DNA of 26,110 nucleotides from a virus (taxonomy: Duplodnaviria; Caudoviricetes), in the IMG/VR virus record IMGVR_UViG_3300027672_000077, positions 1 to 26,110 of that record; one strand, written 5' to 3'. This document shows, piece after piece, positions 10,002 to 16,816 of the stretch; the stretch's first letter is position 1; each line of letters begins with the position of its first letter. The translations under genes were made by a program, and so were the position numbers. A model generated the notes under the pieces. It saw nothing but the letters and a program-made list of their open reading frames with translations, did no database searches and had not been told where the DNA came from.

Positions 10002-10909
10002 TGATAGATTTTATACAAATAGACCCTAATGGATTATGTAATGCTGGATGCTGGTTTTGTCCTGTATCTTTAATTGGTAATCCTAAAGAACATATAGGTC
10101 AAATGTCGCCTGAGCTTTATGAAGATATAATAAGACAGATAAGTGAGCTAAAGGGAGACTTAGTAAACCCAAATCTTCATTTTGTATATGCTTCACATTA
10201 TAATGAGGTTTTGTTATATAGGCATTTTGAGGAAATGCTAAAAACTTTAAAAAAATACAATTTAACTTTATGTGTATTGACAAATGGCGTGCCTCTTACT
10301 GCTAAAAAAATAGACCTTATAAATAAATACCCTGGGGTTGTTTCTCAAATAGCAATTAATGCTCCAATATACGAGAAAAGACTTTTTGCCAAAAGAACAG
10401 GAATGAGAGAGTCTATGTTTGACTCTTTAATGTTTAACATAAAATATGCAGAAAAAAACCTGTATAACCCTAAAATATTATTACTTCAAATTAACGGCAT
10501 AAATGAAAACTCTAACATTATTAAAAAACAAAATTTTCCAGACTTAGAGCCTAATGAATTTCAAAATCAAATTAATCTAGCAAAATCAATTTTTCCTAAT
10601 GTAAGCATTACAGAGCAATGGAACTTAATAGACAGAGCTGGACTAATGGATGATGTAATGGAAAGTAAAATTTCTAAAGGAAAAGTTATTGGATGCAGTT
10701 CAAAAAGAGACACCAACTGGCTTCATGTAAGTCCTAAAGGTCATGTCTTTTTATGTTGCAACGATTACCATATGGATTATACTTTTGGAGATTTAAATAC
10801 TGATAAATTAAAAGATATATGGATGAGCGACAAACGTAAAAAAGTTTTAAAAACTGCTTTTCAAAATATATGCACTTCTTGTTCTTCTGCAATATTTGAA
10901 AATGGATGA
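10001..10909 (+). CDS. Radical SAM protein with SPASM/twitch domain
   Basis: CNAGCWFC (CxxxCxxC), LTNG, and C-terminal C...G.V.LCCND....GDL....L.DIW...CTSC. TAATG overlap with the upstream gene. Confidence 0.9.
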   Translation: MIDFIQIDPNGLCNAGCWFCPVSLIGNPKEHIGQMSPELYEDIIRQISELKGDLVNPNLHFVYASHYNEVLLYRHFEEMLKTLKKYNLTLCVLTNGVPLTAKKIDLINKYPGVVSQIAINAPIYEKRLFAKRTGMRESMFDSLMFNIKYAEKNLYNPKILLLQINGINENSNIIKKQNFPDLEPNEFQNQINLAKSIFPNVSITEQWNLIDRAGLMDDVMESKISKGKVIGCSSKRDTNWLHVSPKGHVFLCCNDYHMDYTFGDLNTDKLKDIWMSDKRKKVLKTAFQNICTSCSSAIFENG

Positions 10910-11771
10910 TAAAATACTTGTAAGTATTGCATCTTATAAAGATTCGGATGTAATCAATACTATTATTGATTTGTATGATAAGGCAGAGCGGCCAGATAGA
11001 GTTTATGTAGGTTTGTTTTTGCAAGACACGGACCAAGAGATATTAAGAATACTTGATTTTTTTTCTAATTTTTTGTTTAAAAAAAACTTAAAAATTAAAA
11101 CTATACCTTTTAAAGACGCTAAAGGTTGCGGGTGGGCTAGGAACGTAATACTAAGGGAGCTGTATGGTCACGAAGATTACTTTATGTGTGTAGATTCTCA
11201 CTCTAGGTTTTTAAAAAAATGGGATTTAATTTATATTGACACCTATAAAAAAGCTCCAGAAAATGCTGTTATTAGCGCTTTTCCACAATCTTTTGATTTT
11301 GTAGAAACGTATGAGCAATATACCAGAAGAAACTTAGCAACCATTTATACCCCCAATGCTTTACCTTGGACAAATGATTTTAATCATCCGCACTGCCAAA
11401 AAACACCTACGGAAAAATACGAAAAAGTAATGTCTATATCTGGCGGTAATATTTTTGGAGACTCAAGATTAGCAAAAGCAATTACTTTAGATGATTATAG
11501 TTTTGTTCACAATAAAGAACAGGAGATATATTCGCTTCTTATATACCTATATGGTTTAGACATATACGCTATACCTCAAAACGTAGTATGGCATAAATAT
11601 ACTGTAGAAGAATCTTACAGGGATTTATTTAATCCCAAACAAATAAAATATAATACAGATTTTATTAGCTCATTAAAAACAAAAGAAACTAACAGAACAA
11701 TAAAAAGCTGGGTTGATTTGATTCAAAAGGATTGCGATGAGTGTAAAAAGACAAAGCAATTAAATTTGTAA
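10902..11771 (+). CDS. Glycosyltransferase, Gnt1/GT60-like (Skp1-hydroxyproline / polypeptide GlcNAc-transferase family)
   Basis: ILVSIASYKD, LYDKAERPDRVYVG, AKGCGWAR, LYGHEDYFMCVDSHSRFxKKWD (DSH motif), ISAFP, EQEIYS, VVWHKY. Overlaps the radical SAM stop. ATG 10902 preferred over TTG 10896. Confidence 0.8.
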   Translation: MDDKILVSIASYKDSDVINTIIDLYDKAERPDRVYVGLFLQDTDQEILRILDFFSNFLFKKNLKIKTIPFKDAKGCGWARNVILRELYGHEDYFMCVDSHSRFLKKWDLIYIDTYKKAPENAVISAFPQSFDFVETYEQYTRRNLATIYTPNALPWTNDFNHPHCQKTPTEKYEKVMSISGGNIFGDSRLAKAITLDDYSFVHNKEQEIYSLLIYLYGLDIYAIPQNVVWHKYTVEESYRDLFNPKQIKYNTDFISSLKTKETNRTIKSWVDLIQKDCDECKKTKQLNL

Positions 11772-11778
11772 ATTTGTA
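11761..11778 (+). promoter_or_regulatory. Tandem TAnnTTTG elements (TAAATTTG twice) upstream of the 608-aa gene
   Basis: TAAATTTG at 11761-11768 and 11769-11776, 18 nt before ATG 11795. Confidence 0.5.
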
Positions 11779-11794
11779 GTTAAATATACACCCT

Positions 11795-13621
11795 ATGGCT
11801 TTTTATGAATTAAGAAAATGTACAGATGATACTCCATTTTTTCAGTATGTAACTTTTCCTCAAAACGTACAGCTTAATTCGGTTGTTTTATTGTACGGAG
11901 AATGTTATACGGTTTATGCTTTTAGGAATACCGGCACTTCCGTTAGCCCTACTGCATATTACGATAATTGTCCTCAATGTGTTCCAGCTCCGCCAACACC
12001 TCCTTCTCCAGTACCAGTAACTTCATATGAATGGAAGTTTAATCAAGCTCAGGGAAACGGCTCTTCAACTAAACCTTTTTTATGTGTATATTCTCCACAA
12101 ACAGTTTGGTCAAACGTACAAACAGTTAATGACATAGTTTGCGGAACTCAACACTTTTGGCAAGACCAAAACTTAACAACTGTTTTTATAGGTTCTAATC
12201 AATATTATAATGCAATTCCAGGTAGCACTCCTGCTACTGGAACAGCAACATTTTTAATTGAAAACACAGGTACGGTTACTTATAAGTATGACTGTCAAGG
12301 AAATAATATATGTGGAGGCGGTCCAACTCCATCACCTAGTCCTACTCCTAGTCCTAGTCCTACTCCTAGTCCTAGTCCTACACCTAGTCCTACACCCACT
12401 CCTTTACCCACTGCTCCCCAGTATTGTTTTAGCTCCACAAATGCAGTAACTTTCCAGGTTATAGGACTTATTAATGTTTATGTTTTTGGTGGAAATTATG
12501 GTATATATGGAACTGGTAATGGAATATTTGTTTTAAACGATATTCCCTCAACACATCCAATTGCTTTTCAAAATTTTAATAAAACCAGCTTAATAAGTTA
12601 TAGTGGAACTTACAGTGGAGGAACTAAAACAGGATTAGATGGAAATACATATGAGTATTTTTACGGAGATGTAACGGTCACAGTAAGCGGAGATTACGGA
12701 ACGTTAAGTTATGAATGTTTCAATCATGGATACATGGGTGGACAGAATAATTTAAGATACGACAACATCACTTGTCCTTCTATTGCTCCTCCTATTATTC
12801 CTCCTATAGGAGACCCCTCTAAGCTATATACTTTAACTTATAGCGACACTGTAAAGGGATGGCCTTCTTTTTATTCTTATTACCCTGATTATATGATTGG
12901 AATGAATAATTATTTTTATTCATTTAATAAAGGAGAGCTGTATAGACATAATACTAACTCAACAAGAAACAATTATTACAACGTACAATATAACTCTGAG
13001 GTAAAGAGTGTGTTTAACGAAATGCCTTTAGAAAATAAAATATTTAAAACCATTAGCTTGCAGTCAGATTCTTCTTGGTCAGTCGAACTAGATAGTGATA
13101 TTCAAACTGGAGCAACAATTGATAGTACATGGTTTGAAAAGAAAGAAGGCGCATGGTTTGCTTATGTTAGAGACAACGGAACAAACCCAGCTCAGGCTAC
13201 AGAATATCCTTTACGCTCAGTAAATGGAGTAGGTAGAAGCAGTTCGGTAAGTGTAGTTGGTACAAGTACTATTGTAAACTTCTCTACTAGTCCTCTTATT
13301 TCGATTGGCAACGATATAAGCGTAGGTGATGTTTTATATTATGCACTTCCTCCTTATAATACAATTGAAATGGCTGGGAGAGTTTCCGCTATTAATATAG
13401 AACTACAAAACAATGTTAATAGTATTGTAATTGATAATACATTTGTCGGTTCAAACACTCCTATTCCAATACAGGACGCTTATTTTATGTATATAAAAAA
13501 TCAACAAGCTGAATCTAATGGTACATTGGGACATTACTGTTTATTTACAATAACAAATACAGACACTACGGCTACCGAACTGTTTGCAGTAGAGTCAGAA
13601 GTAATGAAAAGCTATCCGTAA
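11795..13621 (+). CDS. Tail protein: Cys modules, PT/PS linkers and a cupredoxin-like domain fused to the C-terminal part of the stabilization/muzzle protein
   Basis: 608 aa. From ~12821, TLTYSDxVKGWPSFYSYYPDYMIGMNNYFYSFxxG, FNExPLENKIFKTI, FEKKEGxWFAY and ELFAVESE resemble the C-terminus of crAss-like stabilization proteins. Confidence 0.7.
   Translation: MAFYELRKCTDDTPFFQYVTFPQNVQLNSVVLLYGECYTVYAFRNTGTSVSPTAYYDNCPQCVPAPPTPPSPVPVTSYEWKFNQAQGNGSSTKPFLCVYSPQTVWSNVQTVNDIVCGTQHFWQDQNLTTVFIGSNQYYNAIPGSTPATGTATFLIENTGTVTYKYDCQGNNICGGGPTPSPSPTPSPSPTPSPSPTPSPTPTPLPTAPQYCFSSTNAVTFQVIGLINVYVFGGNYGIYGTGNGIFVLNDIPSTHPIAFQNFNKTSLISYSGTYSGGTKTGLDGNTYEYFYGDVTVTVSGDYGTLSYECFNHGYMGGQNNLRYDNITCPSIAPPIIPPIGDPSKLYTLTYSDTVKGWPSFYSYYPDYMIGMNNYFYSFNKGELYRHNTNSTRNNYYNVQYNSEVKSVFNEMPLENKIFKTISLQSDSSWSVELDSDIQTGATIDSTWFEKKEGAWFAYVRDNGTNPAQATEYPLRSVNGVGRSSSVSVVGTSTIVNFSTSPLISIGNDISVGDVLYYALPPYNTIEMAGRVSAINIELQNNVNSIVIDNTFVGSNTPIPIQDAYFMYIKNQQAESNGTLGHYCLFTITNTDTTATELFAVESEVMKSYP
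12323..12418 (+). repeat. (PS/PT)n linker
   Basis: cctagt/cctact hexamer array encoding PTPSPSPTPSPSPTPSPSPTPSPTPTPLPTAP. Confidence 0.9.
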
Positions 13622-13627
13622 AATTAG

Positions 13628-13635
13628 TATCTTTG
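13628..13635 (+). promoter_or_regulatory. Bacteroidetes -7 element (TATCTTTG)
   Basis: TATCTTTGTA, identical to the 858 element, in the 21-nt gap before ATG 13643. No clear -33 element. Confidence 0.5.
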
Positions 13636-13642
13636 TAAGTAA

Positions 13643-14161
13643 ATGAGTGTAGAAGCTTCTCCTATCGAGATAATAAGTAACATTACTTCCTATAGAGGTT
13701 TAATGTGGGATAAGATTGCAGAGTTTTCTAAAAAACTAGAACAGGTCTCAGGTGTTTTAAAGCACAAAGCTGGAGATGTTCAGTCTAAAGAAATGAAAGA
13801 TTTTTTTCCTTTGAAGCAACACATAGAAGGTGGCTTATATACTCGTGAAATGTTTTTGACTAAAGGGTCTTTTGTAGTAAGTATGATTCATAAACAAAAC
13901 CATCCATCTTTTTTACTTCGAGGCAAGGTCTCTTATTTGGGAGATGATGGGTCGGTTAATACTATCGTAGCGCCTAAGACCATATTTACCAAGGCAGGAG
14001 CTCAAAGAGTTCTTTATATACACGAGGACACTCAATGGTGTTGCGTATATAAAACAAAAGAAAAAACATTCGAACAAGCAGAGGCTGATGTTTATACTAA
14101 TGACTATAAAGATTTACCAAAAAAAATTATTAATAAAATAAAAAAATTATGTCTGGATTAG
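13643..14161 (+). CDS. Cupin-like phage protein
   Basis: PLKQHIEGGLYTREMFLxKGxxVVSxIHKxxHPSFLLxG...APxxxxTKAGxQR resembles a common phage cupin-fold family found before ejection genes. Confidence 0.55.
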   Translation: MSVEASPIEIISNITSYRGLMWDKIAEFSKKLEQVSGVLKHKAGDVQSKEMKDFFPLKQHIEGGLYTREMFLTKGSFVVSMIHKQNHPSFLLRGKVSYLGDDGSVNTIVAPKTIFTKAGAQRVLYIHEDTQWCCVYKTKEKTFEQAEADVYTNDYKDLPKKIINKIKKLCLD

Positions 14162-14937
14162 CAATTGGAATATCAGGTCTTGTAATGTCAGCAGGTGGTA
14201 TGGCGATGAATCTATCTAACGCTTCAAAACAAAAAAAACTTATAGGACAAGCAGAAGCTGCAGGTGAAGCCGCTATGGTGAAAGCAAAAAAAGTAATTGA
14301 GGTAAATTATATGGAAGGATTGCCATTGCCTAAAGAAGCTTATGAATTAGAAAGAGATTCTATTTTAAGTGGAGGAGCTCAGGCTCTTTCGGCGGGAGTA
14401 GAAGGCTCACAACGTGGTGTATCAGCGGTTGCGGGTGCAGTAAACCAGGCTCAGGGTAAGGCGGCTCGTAGAGTTGCTGCTTCTCAAGAGCAATTGATAA
14501 CAGACAATATGAGACAAGCTGCACAGCAAGATGTTGTTCTTCAAAATCAACGCTTAGGAATAGAATTAGGCGGCGTTCAGGGAGCTCAACAGGCGGTATC
14601 AGATGCAACAAGGTCTCAGCAACAATCTCTTGCACAGGCGGCTCAACAAGCCGGACAAATAGGAATGAGTGTATTGGGAAATGAAGCTATTAATCCCTTG
14701 TATAAAAAAGCAGGGAATCAATCTATGTTATCTCCTTTAGATAAATTTAAAATTAATAATCAAATGAATTCTGTTATGAAAAGTGGAGCTGGTTTAGAAA
14801 ACTCATTTCAGCAACCTACCCCCCCTTTTAATCCCCCTTCTTTGAGTCAACCTACCTCCCCTTTTAATCCTAATATGGACTTTTTACCAATGGATTTATA
14901 TTCAGTGCCCGGAGTTACAAGCACAGGAGTAGTATAA
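14149..14937 (+). CDS. Putative small ejection (internal virion) protein
   Basis: 262 aa with Gly/Ala-rich hydrophobic N-terminus (MSGLAIGISGLVMSAGGMAM) and Ala/Gln-rich helical body. First of three genes of increasing size after the tail genes. Confidence 0.55.
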   Translation: MSGLAIGISGLVMSAGGMAMNLSNASKQKKLIGQAEAAGEAAMVKAKKVIEVNYMEGLPLPKEAYELERDSILSGGAQALSAGVEGSQRGVSAVAGAVNQAQGKAARRVAASQEQLITDNMRQAAQQDVVLQNQRLGIELGGVQGAQQAVSDATRSQQQSLAQAAQQAGQIGMSVLGNEAINPLYKKAGNQSMLSPLDKFKINNQMNSVMKSGAGLENSFQQPTPPFNPPSLSQPTSPFNPNMDFLPMDLYSVPGVTSTGVV

Positions 14938-14947
14938 TAATTAAACT

Positions 14948-16816
14948 ATGGCAAAATCATATTACGGCTACGTTAAAAGAGATGTAGAAAACGAAACGAA
15001 TTGGGCTGCTATTACAAAGAGCATGAACGATATGCTTTCAGCTGAAGGCAAAAGAAGAGAAACCAAAAAAGCTGACATAGATAAAGCTTCTAGAGAATTT
15101 GGAGAAGTTCTTACAAATGCAGAGGGTAGCTCTCATCAAGGGCTAAGTGATTTTTGGTTAGATGGTGCTAATTCCATTCAAGAGACCAGGAGAATGCAAG
15201 ACCAGCTTCTTAAAAGCGGAAAGTTAAAATACAAAGACTATATTTCTCAAAGACAAAATATAACTGATGGTTCTAACGAGTTGATAGGATTGGTTAAGGG
15301 ATTTAATGCTAAATGGGAGGCTGTAAAAAACGACCCCAATGCGAGTGAGTTTGATTATGCTAATTTAGCTAACGTTCAAGGATTTGCTGATTTTACTAAT
15401 TATAGAACATGGGCTAACCCTACTGATGGTAGAATTAGTTTGGGTAAAAGAGTCCTTAACGAGGAAACAGGCCAGTATGAGTTAAGCTCAAATCCTAATG
15501 ACTTTAGACAGATTAGTTCTTTAAAAAACAGGATGCAACAAAGAGCTCCTAAGTTTCAAATTGACAAGTTTACTAAAGATGTGGCTGCTAAAATGGGTAA
15601 GTTTGTGAAAGCAAAAATGATTGGTGGTGCAGCTACAGTAAGTGACGTTACAGCCAAACCAGAATATCAAAAACAATTAGATAACTGGGTAGAGTCGGCA
15701 ATGATAGATGATTTCAATGCAGGAAGCATGGGGACAGATGCCTTTGGCATTTTTAAATATAACCATGATGAAAAATATCGAGACCAGGCTTTGGCAGATA
15801 AAGAAGGTGTAATATTTATAGGATTAGATACCCTTCAAAAAGGAGCTGGAATGGTTAAACCTATACCCACAAAGGCACAAAAATCTACAATAAAAGAATT
15901 ATTAATAGAAAGAATAGAAAGTCAAACAGATTATATAGAAACTGCTGCTCCTAGGTTTAATCCACGTGACCCATCTTATACGGAATCTAAAGACATGAAA
16001 CTTGCAACACAGCAAGGAGAAGCTCTGGCTAAAACATGGTATGGAAATGTAAAGCAAATAGAAGAAGGCATTAACTTTATAAAAAGTTTAACTGGAAATC
16101 AAGATATTGTTGAATATGACATTCAACCAGACCAGATTATTTTAACAAAAATAGATACTGACGGGAGAACAAAAAGAAAAGGAAGAAGATACCCCCTCCC
16201 ACCGATTCCTAGAGGAGATGATTTTGAAGCTTATATAACGTCTATTGCCTCTGAATTAGGAGCTAAAGGTTCTGATTTAGATGCAGTAGTAAAAGCCGCA
16301 ATGAAATCTTTGCCTAAAGATTCTGAAGGAAATCCTTTAAAAAGAAATATTGATTTTGGAAAAGATGAACAAGGCACGAAAAAAAGCGGGTATAAATATG
16401 AAATAGCAAAACAACAAGGCCTAACATCTAAATTTACTGATTATGTATCTGGAAAACTTAAAATTGATAAATCAAATTCTGTTGTAACTGCACAAAATTT
16501 GCAAACTTCACTTGAGGCTTTAGGAACGGGAATAGAAGTAACAAGCTCAAGTAATTTCTTTGGTAAAGAAATTAAAATTGCTATAACCCCTAAAATAAGC
16601 AGAAAGTTTGATATACTTAAAGGCAATGTCAAAGAGGATATAGAAGCCTTTTTAAGAAATAACATAGGTCAGTTTGATGAATCTTTAAAAATTTCAGAAG
16701 ATAAAATTGATGAGTTTTTAAATGAATTAGATAGTCAAGATACCCCGCCAAAAAAAGTCTCTACCCCGCCAAAAAAAGGCTCTAAACCTCGAGGATACAC
16801 AAAAGACCCAACATGA
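14948..16816 (+). CDS. Putative ejection/cargo protein
   Basis: 622 aa, charged and largely helical. Lies between the small and giant cargo-type genes, with ATGA overlap to the next gene. Confidence 0.5.
   Translation: MAKSYYGYVKRDVENETNWAAITKSMNDMLSAEGKRRETKKADIDKASREFGEVLTNAEGSSHQGLSDFWLDGANSIQETRRMQDQLLKSGKLKYKDYISQRQNITDGSNELIGLVKGFNAKWEAVKNDPNASEFDYANLANVQGFADFTNYRTWANPTDGRISLGKRVLNEETGQYELSSNPNDFRQISSLKNRMQQRAPKFQIDKFTKDVAAKMGKFVKAKMIGGAATVSDVTAKPEYQKQLDNWVESAMIDDFNAGSMGTDAFGIFKYNHDEKYRDQALADKEGVIFIGLDTLQKGAGMVKPIPTKAQKSTIKELLIERIESQTDYIETAAPRFNPRDPSYTESKDMKLATQQGEALAKTWYGNVKQIEEGINFIKSLTGNQDIVEYDIQPDQIILTKIDTDGRTKRKGRRYPLPPIPRGDDFEAYITSIASELGAKGSDLDAVVKAAMKSLPKDSEGNPLKRNIDFGKDEQGTKKSGYKYEIAKQQGLTSKFTDYVSGKLKIDKSNSVVTAQNLQTSLEALGTGIEVTSSSNFFGKEIKIAITPKISRKFDILKGNVKEDIEAFLRNNIGQFDESLKISEDKIDEFLNELDSQDTPPKKVSTPPKKGSKPRGYTKDPT

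Noticed and set aside
8832-11771. Oxygenase + glycosyltransferase as a DNA base hypermodification (TET/JBP-like) system
   Set aside because: Motifs match the protein-acting P4H and Gnt1/GT60 families, and the cassette lies among tail genes with Pro-rich tracts rather than replication genes. Not formally excluded for the second oxygenase domain.
12258-12449. 63-aa alternative-frame ORF with LVLLLV repeats
   Set aside because: By-product of reading the cctagt repeat in another frame, with a TTG start and no independent support.
6346-12830. Insert as an intron, intein or transposon
   Set aside because: No homing endonuclease, intein motifs, transposase or terminal repeats seen. Both halves have their own stop and start.
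7633-13621. Diversity-generating retroelement acting on the repeated modules
   Set aside because: No reverse transcriptase in the window and no near-identical template/variable pair differing at adenines. The modules are similar only at protein level.
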